Source of the DNA: Candidatus Methylumidiphilus sp.
GTDB lineage: Bacteria; Pseudomonadota; Gammaproteobacteria; Methylococcales; Methylococcaceae
Direction of reading: 5' to 3'
DNA length: 21,383 nt
Assembly (NCBI GenBank): GCA_046089945.1
Contig: JBJSYU010000394.1
Coordinates: forward strand, 1 to 21,383
The translations under genes and the position numbers were made by a program. Within the stretch, counting starts at the first letter, position 1. Each line of letters starts with the position of its first letter. This document shows, in pieces, positions 8,760 through 17,089 of this stretch. The notes beneath the pieces were generated by a model, which saw nothing but the letters and a program-made list of their open reading frames with translations, had not been told where the DNA came from and made no database searches.

Positions 8760-8798
8760 AAAAAAAGCCTTGCGGCTGCCCGCAAGGCTTGTTTTGTT
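8760..8798 (-). terminator. Rho-independent terminator downstream of tRNA-Lys (T-rich tracts on both strands)
   Basis: Perfect 10-bp stem AGCCTTGCGG / CCGCAAGGCT (8766-8775 with 8780-8789), loop CTGC. It is followed on the minus strand by seven T (8766-8760) and on the plus strand by TGTTTTGTTT. Confidence 0.75.
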
Positions 8799-8874
8799 TG
8801 GTGGGTCGTCCGCGACTCGAACGCGGGACCATCGCATTAAAAGTGCGGTGCTCTACCGACTGAGCTAACGACCC
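8799..8874 (-). tRNA. tRNA-Lys (anticodon UUU), CCA encoded
   Basis: The reverse complement reads GGGTCGTTAGCTCAGTCGGTAGAGCACCGCACTTTTAATGCGATGGTCCCGCGTTCGAGTCGCGGACGACCCACCA. The acceptor stem is 7 bp (GGGTCGT/ACGACCC), the D arm is GCTC/GAGC, and the anticodon loop is CT-TTT-AA. The T arm is CCGCG-TTCGAGT-CGCGG. The sequence is very close to E. coli tRNA-Lys. Confidence 0.95.
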
Positions 8875-8887
8875 GAAAGAGCCACGC

Positions 8888-8916
8888 ATTATAGTGAATG
8901 AATAAGCAAGGTTCAA
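8888..8916 (-). promoter_or_regulatory. Sigma-70-type promoter for tRNA-Lys
   Basis: The minus strand reads TTGAAC (8916-8911), a 17-nt spacer, then TATAAT (8893-8888). The -10 element ends 13 nt upstream of the mature tRNA 5' end. Confidence 0.65.
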
Positions 8917-9016
8917 GCCTTGCGCGGGGATTTTCTGCACAGCCCACCCTTGAATTTGCGGGCTGCCGCCCCAACGCTAAAGGCTGTTTTCCACAATCCA
9001 CCACACGAGAGCGGCG

Positions 9017-9724
9017 ATGAACCCACAAGAGCGCGAACTTTTATCCCAGTTTTTAAAACAACTTGGCGATGCCCGCGTCGGCGACAAGAGCGCGGAGGCG
9101 GAGGCGTTGATCCGCGAATCCATCGCCAAGCAGCCGGACGCGGCGTATTTGCTGGTGCAGCGGGCGCTGCTGCTGGAGCAGGCGCTGAACACGGCAAAGG
9201 CGCAGATCGCGCAGTTGCAGAGCCAAGTCCAGGCGCAACAGCCGCCGGGCGGCGGGCGCGGGAGCTTTTTGGGCGGCGGCAATCCGTGGGCGGCGGCGCC
9301 TGAAGCCGGGGCCAATCCGGCGGGCGTCCCCGGCGCGGGCAGCTATCAAATGCCACGCGCAGGTTTTGCCGCCAATGCCGCCGCGCCGGCTGCGGCCCCG
9401 GCGGGCGGCGGCGTCGGCAGTTTCTTGGGCAGCATGGCGACGACGGCGGCCGGCGTGGTCGCCGGGGGCTTTTTGTTCCAAGGCATCGAAAGCTTGCTCG
9501 GCGGGCATCACGGCGGATCGTCGTCGCTGTGGGGCGATAGCGGCAGCGAGCCGGTCGCCGAGCAGACCATCATCAACAACTATTACGGCTCGCCGGATGA
9601 CAACGCTTTGGCCGACAACAGCGGCTGGGGGCAGTCGGACGATGTGGGCAGTTTTCTGGCCGGCAACGATCCCGACCCGCTGCTGGACGATGACAGCGGC
9701 AACGATGATTCCGACTGGGGCTAG
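9017..9724 (+). CDS. DUF2076 domain-containing protein
   Basis: 235 aa. The N-terminal MNPQERELLSQFLKQL......AEAEALIRESIAKQPDAAYLLVQRALLLEQAL..A...I..L matches the DUF2076 (COG3416) pattern. A Gly/Ala-rich low-complexity linker and an acidic tail follow. Confidence 0.72.
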   Translation: MNPQERELLSQFLKQLGDARVGDKSAEAEALIRESIAKQPDAAYLLVQRALLLEQALNTAKAQIAQLQSQVQAQQPPGGGRGSFLGGGNPWAAAPEAGANPAGVPGAGSYQMPRAGFAANAAAPAAAPAGGGVGSFLGSMATTAAGVVAGGFLFQGIESLLGGHHGGSSSLWGDSGSEPVAEQTIINNYYGSPDDNALADNSGWGQSDDVGSFLAGNDPDPLLDDDSGNDDSDWG

Positions 9725-9788
9725 ACATGCCGGGGAAGCGTAGTCAGGGCGGTTTCGGTATGATGGCGCAGCCCCAAACCATCTGGGC

Positions 9789-9820
9789 AAAAAAAAGCGG
9801 GTTGCCGTGAGACAACCCGC
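9789..9820 (-). terminator. Rho-independent terminator on the minus strand with no annotated upstream gene
   Basis: 8-bp stem GCGGGTTG / CAACCCGC (9797-9804 with 9813-9820), 8-nt loop. On the minus strand the hairpin is followed by eight U (9796-9789). There is no U-tract on the plus strand, so it is not the DUF2076 terminator. Confidence 0.55.
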
Positions 9821-10033
9821 AACACCATCCCAGAGGATCAAAAAAATCAAAGCTCAAAACGTTTCGCCAGAATCGGACAGGGCAGAAATGTCTTAAACCG
9901 GGCTGTATGATAGGGAATTGCGCCGTGCGCCGTTTTGACTTGGGTCAACAAAGTGCGGGCTTTTCCGCTGGGCGGGCGATGAAAAAACGGTTTTTGCCCA
10001 TTTTTTCTTGGCGCTGGGCGCTTGCCAATCAAC

Positions 10034-10131
10034 GTAGCGCGGCATCCTTGCCGATGTTTGAGGCATTCGCAGCGTTTGGCCGGCAAGATGCCGGCGCTCC
10101 AATGTAAATGCCGGCAGGATGCCGGCGCTAC
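10034..10131. repeat. Second cluster (three copies) of the GTAGCGCCGGCATCC(C)TGCCGGC REP-like element
   Basis: The copies are at 10034-10053 (gtagcgcggcatccttgccg), inverted at 10079-10098 (gccggcaagatgccggcgct) and inverted at 10110-10131 (gccggcaggatgccggcgctac). This is the same family as 5763-5895. Confidence 0.75.
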
Positions 10132-10162
10132 GCAGGGTATTTTTAAAACGAGGAACGCCGCG

Positions 10163-11464
10163 CTGGACATTTCCCCCCGCTTTGCCGCCAAACTGCTGGA
10201 TTGGGTTCAAACTCCGGCCTTGGATTTGTTCCGCGCCGGTTACGCGGTGTTCCGCCAAATCAAAGAAGGCGGCTTGGATTACCGGGCGATGAGCCTGGTC
10301 TACACCAGCCTGCTGGCGCTGATTCCGCTGTTGGCGGTGAGCTTTGCGATGCTTAAGGCGTTTGGCGCCGACGCTTATCTCGAGCCGCTGCTGTTGCAAT
10401 TGCTTGATCCCTTGGGCGAGAACAAGGCGTCGATAGCCGCCACCATGCTGGATTCGGTGCGGCGGCTGGACGTGGGGGTGTTGGGTTCGGTCGGCCTGCT
10501 GTCTTTGCTGTACACCAGCGTGTCGCTGCTGGACAAGATCGAGGAGTCGGTCAACCACATCTGGCGGCGGCAGGCGAAGTTCAGCCGCAGTTTGGTGCGC
10601 CGTTTCAGCGATTACCTAACCTTCATCCTGGTCGGGCCGCTGCTGGTGTTTTCCGCGTTTGGCGGCATGAGCGAGCTGTTCCACCGCGTCAACAACCATC
10701 CTTGGCTGGACGATGGCATCAGCCTGTTTGTGCCGGTGTTCCAGTCTACGCTGCCGTATCTGTTCATCATCGCGGCGTTCGCGTTCCTGTATAAGCTGAT
10801 CCCCGACGCCCCGGTGAAGCTGCGCTCGGCGCTGTTTGGCGGCGCTATCGCGGGCATGGCGTGGAAGCTGGTAGGCTGGGTGTTTGCCTCGTTCATGGCC
10901 GGTTCGGCGCAATACCATGCGGTGTATTCGACGTTTGCCATCCTGGTGCTGTTCATGGTCTGGCTGTACATGAGCTGGCTGGTGGTGTTGCTCGGCGTAC
11001 AGGTGACGTTTTTCCACCAATACCCGCGCTACATGGCCTTGCGCAGCCGCCAGCCCCGTTTGAGCGGGCGCGTGGCCGAGCGCCTGGGGCTGCTGGCCTT
11101 GGTGCTGGTCGGTCGGCGGTTTTTCCGGGGCGAGCCGCCGTGGCTTGCGCATGATCTGGCGCTGCGGCTGGAGGTGCCGGACGACTGCGTCGATGATATC
11201 GTGTCGGTTTTTATCGGCAAGGGCTATATCATGGCGGTCGGTCGCGACGCCGACGGGGTGATTCCGGCCCGCGACTTTTCCACGCTGACGGTGCTGGAAG
11301 TGTTGGACGCCATCCGCTCCGCGCACGAAGACGATTTTCCGCTCAGTCTGGACGCGCTGGCCGAGCCTGGGCTGGATGCCGTGCTGGGCCGCTGCGACAC
11401 GGGCATCCGCGAGGCGGCCGGCGGCTTGACGCTGCGCGATTTGGCGTTGGCGGAAGACAGTTAA
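10163..11464 (+). CDS. YihY/BrkB-family inner-membrane protein with a C-terminal cytoplasmic extension
   Basis: YRAMSLVYTSLLALIPLLAV and the multi-pass TM pattern through WLYMSWLVVLLGVQVTF match the YihY family. The stop is firm but the start is uncertain. The ORF-track start (TTG 10022) and the ATG at 10088 lie inside REP copies. I favour the CTG at 10163, which has GAGGA 8 nt upstream, but a non-canonical start needs confirmation. Confidence 0.8.
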   Translation: MDISPRFAAKLLDWVQTPALDLFRAGYAVFRQIKEGGLDYRAMSLVYTSLLALIPLLAVSFAMLKAFGADAYLEPLLLQLLDPLGENKASIAATMLDSVRRLDVGVLGSVGLLSLLYTSVSLLDKIEESVNHIWRRQAKFSRSLVRRFSDYLTFILVGPLLVFSAFGGMSELFHRVNNHPWLDDGISLFVPVFQSTLPYLFIIAAFAFLYKLIPDAPVKLRSALFGGAIAGMAWKLVGWVFASFMAGSAQYHAVYSTFAILVLFMVWLYMSWLVVLLGVQVTFFHQYPRYMALRSRQPRLSGRVAERLGLLALVLVGRRFFRGEPPWLAHDLALRLEVPDDCVDDIVSVFIGKGYIMAVGRDADGVIPARDFSTLTVLEVLDAIRSAHEDDFPLSLDALAEPGLDAVLGRCDTGIREAAGGLTLRDLALAEDS

Positions 11465-11512
11465 TTCAAACATCCCCGCGATAGGGGGCTGGCAGACCGG
11501 CAAGGTACATCA

Positions 11513-12085
11513 ATGAAAGAAACCTTTGTTTTGCTGACGGGGCTGTTGCTGGCCGCAGGGCTGGCGCAGGCGGCGACGCTGTACCAATGGACGGATGCGG
11601 ACGGCGAAACCCGCTTCGGCTCCCGCCCGCCGCCGGGCGTGGTCGGCACGATAGTCGGCGAAAAACTCCGCCAGACCGGCGGCGAAACCGCCAAGTCCGC
11701 CGCTGATTGCCGAGCCTTGCAGGACGAGCATCTGCGCCTGATCGACAAGGAAATTGCCCGCTTGCGCGGCGTGGCGACCGGGGTGGGCGCGGAGTATGAG
11801 TTTACGGCGGAGGCCAAGCAGCGCTTCATCAACGATTTGCTGGCCCATCGCGCCGCCTTCCTGACCGGCAAAGCACCGGAAACCTTCGCAGCCCCCGACC
11901 AAAAGCGCGAATTGAACGAACTCAAGGCGAAATACGGCAAGGACAAAGCCCAGCTTGAGGACGACTTGGAACAGCAAGCGCGGCAGATTCGCCAAGAGCA
12001 AATGGAATTGGAGCGGCAGCGCCGCGCCAACGCGCTGATGATGCAGCCCTATCGGTTCGTGCCGCCGGGTTGGCTGTTCTATTGA
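11513..12085 (+). CDS. DUF4124 domain-containing secreted protein
   Basis: 190 aa. The signal peptide MKETFVLLTGLLLAAGLAQA is followed by the DUF4124 signature LYQWTDADGETRFGSRPP and a charged coiled-coil-like C-terminal half. Confidence 0.7.
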   Translation: MKETFVLLTGLLLAAGLAQAATLYQWTDADGETRFGSRPPPGVVGTIVGEKLRQTGGETAKSAADCRALQDEHLRLIDKEIARLRGVATGVGAEYEFTAEAKQRFINDLLAHRAAFLTGKAPETFAAPDQKRELNELKAKYGKDKAQLEDDLEQQARQIRQEQMELERQRRANALMMQPYRFVPPGWLFY

Positions 12086-12176
12086 ACCGAGCGCGGCTTG
12101 ATGCTCCCATACGCACCAACTTAAAACGCAACCCACTGAGTTGCAATGGTGCAGACAATAAGCAAAAAAATCAAAA

Positions 12177-12242
12177 CCACAAAAAGCACGAAACACTCGA
12201 AAGGAAAACTGGGCTTTTCGTGCATTTCGTGTCTTTCGTGGT
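12177..12242. repeat. Imperfect ~66-bp palindrome built from CACGAAA / TTTCGTG units (third REP-like family)
   Basis: The left arm is ccacaaaaagcacgaaacactcgaaagg. The reverse complement of the right arm is ccacgaaagacacgaaatgcacgaaaagc. By hand alignment 21 of 28 positions match. TTTCGTG occurs three times in 12216-12240. Confidence 0.6.
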
Positions 12243-12366
12243 TCATGCTTTATTACTGGCTTTGAGCTTAAGTCGGCGTGTATGGGTATAATTCCCGCGC
12301 TTTCGCAAGCTGATTCAGCCGACAGCGGCCCACCGCCCGCACCCACTTAAAATCCGCAGGAACCTC

Positions 12367-14589
12367 TTGGACAACCACCTATTTTTTGCCACCGCCCCGC
12401 TGGGTTTGGAACTGCTGCTGGCCGACGAGCTGCGCGGCTTAAGTCTCGCCGATGTCAAAGACGCCCGCGCCGGCGCAGCGTTTTCCGGCAACTTGGAGGC
12501 CGCCTACCGCGCCTGCCTGTGGTCGCGGCTGGCCAACCGCATTCTGCTGCGCTTGGCGACGTTCCCCGCGCCGACCCCGGAGGCGCTGTACGCCGGGGCC
12601 TTGGCCATCGATTGGGCGGAACACCTGTCGCCGGACTCCACGATTGCGGTGGACTTCGCCGCCTCGCGCTCACAAATCACCCACACCCAATACGGCGCGC
12701 AAAAAGTCAAAGACGCCATCGTCGATCAATTCCGCGAACTGTGCGGCGTCCGCCCCTCGGTGCGGCTGGATCGGCCCGACATCCGCGTCAACGTCTATCT
12801 GGACAAGGATATCGCCCAGGTCAGCCTGGACTTGTCCGGCGACAGCCTGCACAAGCGCGGCTACCGGCTGGACGGCGGCACCGCGCCGCTGAAAGAAAAC
12901 TTGGCGGCGGCGATTTTGCTGCGGGCCGGCTGGCCGCAGGTGGCGCAAGCCGGCGGCGAATTGGTCGATCCGATGTGCGGTTCAGGCACCTTGCTGGTCG
13001 AGGCGGCGTGGATGGCAGCCGACGTGGCGCCGGGGCTGCGGCGCGACTTCTACGGCTTCCAAGGCTGGAAAAACCACCGGGCGGACATTTGGGACGCGCT
13101 CGTGAGCGAGGCGCAGGCCCGCCGCGAGGCCGGCCTGCGCCGGGAAGCCAATCCGATCAGCGGCTACGATCTTGACCGCCACGCCGTCCATGCCGCGCTG
13201 GACAACATCGACCGCGCCGGCTTGCGCGGTCGGGTGCAGGTGTCGCGCCGCGAGGCCGAGGAAGCCCGCCCGCGTCTGGCCCATGGCTTGCTGGTGGTCA
13301 ATCCGCCATATGGCGAACGCATGGGCGAGGCCGAGCAACTGGCCGGCTTGTACGGCGGTTTGGGCAAGCTGCTGCAAAACCATTTCCAGGGCTGGAAAGC
13401 CAGCGTGTTCACCGGCAACCCGGATCTGGCCTTCAAGCTTGGCATCCGCGCCCGCAAGTTTTACACGCTGTACAATGGCGCCATCGAATGCAAGCTGTTC
13501 AACTTCGATGTCGAACCGGAGCGCTATTTCACGCCGCACGCGGACGAGACCGGGCTGTCCGAGGAGGCGCGCAAATCGCGGCAACTCATGCGCCGCGCCC
13601 ACAGTCTGGCGCAACGACCGGAAACCTCGCCGGGGGCGGAAATGTTCGCCAACCGCCTGCGCAAAAACCTCAAACACCTCAGCCGCTGGGCACGGCAAAA
13701 CGGCGTCGCCTGTTACCGGCTGTATGATGCCGACTTGCCTGAATATGCCGTGGCGGTGGACGTGTATCACGGCGAGCAAACTTGGCTGCACGTCCAAGAA
13801 TATGAAGCGCCGACGAGTATCGACCCGGAGAAAGCCGAAGCCCGGCTGGCCGAAGCCTTGTCGGTGATGCCGCAGGTGTTGGATATTCCCGAACAGCAGG
13901 TATACCTCAAAATCCGCCGCCGCCAAAAAGGCAGCGCCCAGTATGAAAAACAAGCCGAAGCCGGACAATTCCATATCGTCGAGGAGGGCGGCTGCAAGTT
14001 TTGGGTCAATTTCGAGGATTATCTGGACACCGGCCTATTCCTTGACCACCGGCCGACGCGCTTGATGATCCAAAAGCTCGCCAAGGACAAGCATTTTCTG
14101 AATCTGTTCGCCTATACCGGCGCGGCCACGGTGCATGCGGCGGTGGGCGGGGCACGTTCCAGCGTCAGCGTGGACATGTCCCATACTTATATCGACTGGG
14201 CGCGGCGCAATCTCGAACTGAATGGCATTAAAGGCTATCAGCACGGTTTGGTGCAAGGCGATTGTCTGGCTTGGCTGGACGCCGAACTTGGCCGGGGCCG
14301 GGGTGGGTTTGACTTGATCTTTGTTGATCCGCCGACTTTTTCCAACTCCAAGCGCATGGACAGCACATTTGACGTGCAGCGCGACCATGTCGCTTTGCTG
14401 CGCAAAGCCGCCGAATTGCTGAATCCGTCAGGGTTATTGATTTTTTCCACCAATTTCCGCAAATTCAAGCTGGATCGTGAAGCGTTGGCCGGCTTGAGCG
14501 TGGAAGATATGAGCGCCAAAACCGTCCCGACGGACTTTGAGCGCAATCCCAAAATCCATTATTGCTGGGCTATCCGCCCGACCGTTTAG
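12367..14589 (+). CDS. rlmL: Bifunctional 23S rRNA (guanine2445-N2)/(guanine2069-N7)-methyltransferase RlmL/RlmKL
   Basis: 740 aa. The N-terminus (FFATAPLGLELLLADELRGL) is collinear with E. coli RlmL. It has a THUMP region, a first MTase domain with DPMCGSGT and NPPYGERMG, and a second C-terminal MTase domain (LNLFAYTGA, FVDPPTFS). The TTG start at 12367 follows AGGAA. Confidence 0.9.
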   Translation: MDNHLFFATAPLGLELLLADELRGLSLADVKDARAGAAFSGNLEAAYRACLWSRLANRILLRLATFPAPTPEALYAGALAIDWAEHLSPDSTIAVDFAASRSQITHTQYGAQKVKDAIVDQFRELCGVRPSVRLDRPDIRVNVYLDKDIAQVSLDLSGDSLHKRGYRLDGGTAPLKENLAAAILLRAGWPQVAQAGGELVDPMCGSGTLLVEAAWMAADVAPGLRRDFYGFQGWKNHRADIWDALVSEAQARREAGLRREANPISGYDLDRHAVHAALDNIDRAGLRGRVQVSRREAEEARPRLAHGLLVVNPPYGERMGEAEQLAGLYGGLGKLLQNHFQGWKASVFTGNPDLAFKLGIRARKFYTLYNGAIECKLFNFDVEPERYFTPHADETGLSEEARKSRQLMRRAHSLAQRPETSPGAEMFANRLRKNLKHLSRWARQNGVACYRLYDADLPEYAVAVDVYHGEQTWLHVQEYEAPTSIDPEKAEARLAEALSVMPQVLDIPEQQVYLKIRRRQKGSAQYEKQAEAGQFHIVEEGGCKFWVNFEDYLDTGLFLDHRPTRLMIQKLAKDKHFLNLFAYTGAATVHAAVGGARSSVSVDMSHTYIDWARRNLELNGIKGYQHGLVQGDCLAWLDAELGRGRGGFDLIFVDPPTFSNSKRMDSTFDVQRDHVALLRKAAELLNPSGLLIFSTNFRKFKLDREALAGLSVEDMSAKTVPTDFERNPKIHYCWAIRPTV

Positions 14590-14604
14590 ATGTTCAGGTG
14601 AACC

Positions 14605-14886
14605 GTGCACAGGCGAGTCCATATCTCGGTATCCGGCAGAGTGCAAGGCGTTGCTTACCGCGCCTCGGCGCAAAGACAAGCATCTGATCTAAACCTCAAT
14701 GGCTGGGTGCGCAATACCAGCGACGGGCGGGTGGAAATACTCGCCGAAGGCGAGGAAATGGCTATTGCCGCGTTTATCGAATGGTGCCGCCACGGCCCGC
14801 GCTGGGCCAGGGTGGACAGCCTGCAAGTCGCCGACGCGGCTGCTGGCGAAGCGTTCTATGGCTTTGCCGTGCGCCGGGACGAATAG
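14605..14886 (+). CDS. acyP: Acylphosphatase
   Basis: 93 aa. V.GRVQGV.YR...Q..A..L.L.GWVRN..DGRVE is the acylphosphatase signature. The start codon is GTG. Confidence 0.88.
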   Translation: MHRRVHISVSGRVQGVAYRASAQRQASDLNLNGWVRNTSDGRVEILAEGEEMAIAAFIEWCRHGPRWARVDSLQVADAAAGEAFYGFAVRRDE

Positions 14887-14929
14887 TTTCAACACACGAT
14901 TTATCAACCCCTAAAAAACTGGAGGAACC

Positions 14930-15703
14930 ATGTCTGAGAATGTCCAACCCACTAATGAAAATGTGTCATTGCTGTTTTACCGCCAAGTCAGCACACTGCA
15001 TCCTGACCGCCATGGCGAATTAAAGATTGGCGCCGCCCCCGACCAAAGCTTTGCCGCCAAAACCAATTCCGTGCCGTTGACCGGCGTGGAGTTTGCCGAG
15101 GCCGGCAAAGAATACCCGATCGTGTTTTCCCGCGCAGGCGAAAACACTTTCAGCCCAGTGGCGGTACTGGGGCTGGAAAATGGCGAAAATCTGTTTCTGG
15201 ACGAAAACGCCGCTTGGAAAGCCAGCTACATTCCGGCGTTTGTGCGGCGCTATCCTTTCGTGTTGGGCGAAAACGCCGAGAATCCCAGCCAGCCTTGGGT
15301 GTGTGTGGACGAGTCTTGCCCGTGGCTGGGCAACGACACTGGAGAACCCTTGTTCATCGGCAAGCAACCTTCGGCCTATATGAAACAAGTGCTGGAATTT
15401 CTGACCGATTATAACCTGCAATCGCAGCGCAGCATGGCGTTTTGCCGCAAGCTGCAAGACTGGGGTTTGTTCAAGGAAAACCAGGTGCAGGCCACCACGC
15501 CGGAAGGCAAGAGTTATACCTTGAGCGGGCTTTGGGTGATTGATGAAAACGCCTTGCGGCAATTGGAGGCGGACAAGATTCAAGAACTGTTCAAGACCGG
15601 CGAACTGGCGTGGATATTCTTCCATCTGAGTTCGCTGACCAACTTCCGCCGCTTAACTGAACGCAAGAACGCCAAATCGGCGGCGTTGAGCCATTTGCAC
15701 TGA
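14930..15703 (+). CDS. SapC family protein
   Basis: 257 aa. YIPAFVRRYPFVL and the preceding EYPIVF....F.PVAVLGL block are characteristic of the SapC family (PF07277). GGAGGA lies upstream of the ATG. Confidence 0.72.
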   Translation: MSENVQPTNENVSLLFYRQVSTLHPDRHGELKIGAAPDQSFAAKTNSVPLTGVEFAEAGKEYPIVFSRAGENTFSPVAVLGLENGENLFLDENAAWKASYIPAFVRRYPFVLGENAENPSQPWVCVDESCPWLGNDTGEPLFIGKQPSAYMKQVLEFLTDYNLQSQRSMAFCRKLQDWGLFKENQVQATTPEGKSYTLSGLWVIDENALRQLEADKIQELFKTGELAWIFFHLSSLTNFRRLTERKNAKSAALSHLH

Positions 15704-15746
15704 GCGCTGCGACTTAATAACGTCAGGTATTTATCAGGCCGCTAAG

Positions 15747-15777
15747 GCGGGCAACCGCTGCGCTGGTTGTTGCCCGC
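15747..15777. terminator. GC-rich hairpin between convergent genes (possible transcript-end structure)
   Basis: 9-bp stem GCGGGCAAC / GTTGCCCGC (15747-15755 with 15769-15777), 13-nt loop. Only a weak T-tract (TGATTT) follows, so function as an intrinsic terminator is uncertain. Confidence 0.35.
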
Positions 15778-15789
15778 TGATTTCCCTGC

Positions 15790-16671
15790 CTAGGCTGGGA
15801 CGCGTCCTATCGTGACATTGTGCAGTTCACGGTAGAAAAACGCCTCGCTGTGGAGAATGTGCCGCGGGCTATCGACATGCTTGAGCGCCCGCCATTGTTC
15901 TTTCTCCGTGTCAGGCAAATTCAAATGCGGGTTCAACTCGCCCATCAAGGAAAAAACAGATCGGCAAAAGCGCCGTTCGGCGCTTGTAAGGGGGTGGCGG
16001 CGTTCGCACAGCACTGTGCGGCTGGCGATGCGTTCCAGTCCCAATGCGCGTAACATCGCCGCGAACTCAGTTGAGCGTACCGTGCCTCGGGGATTGATGG
16101 CATACCCCTGCACAACGTCGGTTCCCACCCTTGCGCTCATTTCCGTGAGGCAGCGCAAGATGGCGGTGGTCGAAAAAGGGCCAAACTGGAATCCCGTGAA
16201 GTCGGCCTCCTTGATGGCAATCAAGCCGCCCGGCTTGACCACGCGCTTAAATTCACGAAACGTCATCCGCACTTCTGCGTCGCTGAGATACTGTGTCACC
16301 GCCGCGCACCACAGCGCGTCAAAGCTCGCGTCAGCAAAAGGCAGCGCAACCACGTTTGCCACGCACACGTCTACGGGGCAGATGAACTTCAGGTTCTGGA
16401 TTCTGTGCGATACCTGCCGCACATTTTCGGCGGCCACATCGGAGGCCACAATGCGGCCTGAAGCCCCGACCAGTTCCGCAAGCAAGGGGAGGTAGCTGCC
16501 ACCGCCGCATCCAGCATCGAACACCGTCCATCCCGGCGCGATGCCGACCTGATGCAACATCTGCTCATATTCTGGCCGCATCGCCTCAAAATGGGCATCC
16601 AAATAGTCTGCGTCTGTCAGATGGCCGCCGGAAGTCCTGTCGCGCAAGTTGTTGCTCTCCGCCATCTGCAT
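15790..16671 (-). CDS. Class I SAM-dependent methyltransferase
   Basis: 293 aa. Motif I is VFDAGCGGGSY, the acidic post-I residue is in IVASDV, and the FDALWC and PGGLIAI motifs are typical of the Methyltransf_11/25 fold. The substrate is unknown. Confidence 0.8.
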   Translation of the reverse strand: MQMAESNNLRDRTSGGHLTDADYLDAHFEAMRPEYEQMLHQVGIAPGWTVFDAGCGGGSYLPLLAELVGASGRIVASDVAAENVRQVSHRIQNLKFICPVDVCVANVVALPFADASFDALWCAAVTQYLSDAEVRMTFREFKRVVKPGGLIAIKEADFTGFQFGPFSTTAILRCLTEMSARVGTDVVQGYAINPRGTVRSTEFAAMLRALGLERIASRTVLCERRHPLTSAERRFCRSVFSLMGELNPHLNLPDTEKEQWRALKHVDSPRHILHSEAFFYRELHNVTIGRVPA

Positions 16672-16732
16672 ACCTTTAGGTTGTCTGCGAAAAAGCTATG
16701 CGGCCGCCGTCGCCATCTCACAAGTGCTGGGT

Positions 16733-17089
<357 letters not shown>

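Noticed and set aside
8673-8837. N-terminal 55-aa extension of the Rpn gene in the ORF track (7863-8837)
   Set aside because: The extension would read through the tRNA-Lys 3' half (8799-8874) and its 10-bp-stem terminator (8760-8798). The conserved family N-terminus begins at MGKKDIISK (ATG 8672).
7863-8874. Genomic island integrated at tRNA-Lys with att direct repeats
   Set aside because: I scanned the window for a second copy of the tRNA 3' end (e.g. GACTCGAACGCGGGA and its complement) and found none. No integrase gene is present either. The idea is kept only as a weak contextual hypothesis in the findings.
9847-10191. 114-aa minus ORF that ends just upstream of the orphan terminator
   Set aside because: The N-terminal two thirds is a translation of REP copies. 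The remainder is highly basic with no hydrophobic core or family resemblance. I treat the locus as a possible non-coding RNA instead.
10616-11503. 295-aa minus-strand ORF
   Set aside because: It is antisense to the YihY-family gene, whose TM pattern and family motifs are clear. The translation is Arg/Gln/His-rich and non-domain-like.
12262-12292. Sigma-70 promoter for rlmL (TTGAGC ... TATAAT at 12287-12292)
   Set aside because: The -10 hexamer is perfect, but the best -35-like hexamer is 19 nt away and hexamers at 17-18 nt are poor. This is too weak to list as a feature without TSS data.
12982-13974. 330-aa minus-strand ORF, plus several 150-230-aa alternative-frame ORFs in 12452-13867
   Set aside because: All overlap rlmL, which is collinear with E. 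coli RlmL over its whole length. These are GC-rich frame artefacts.
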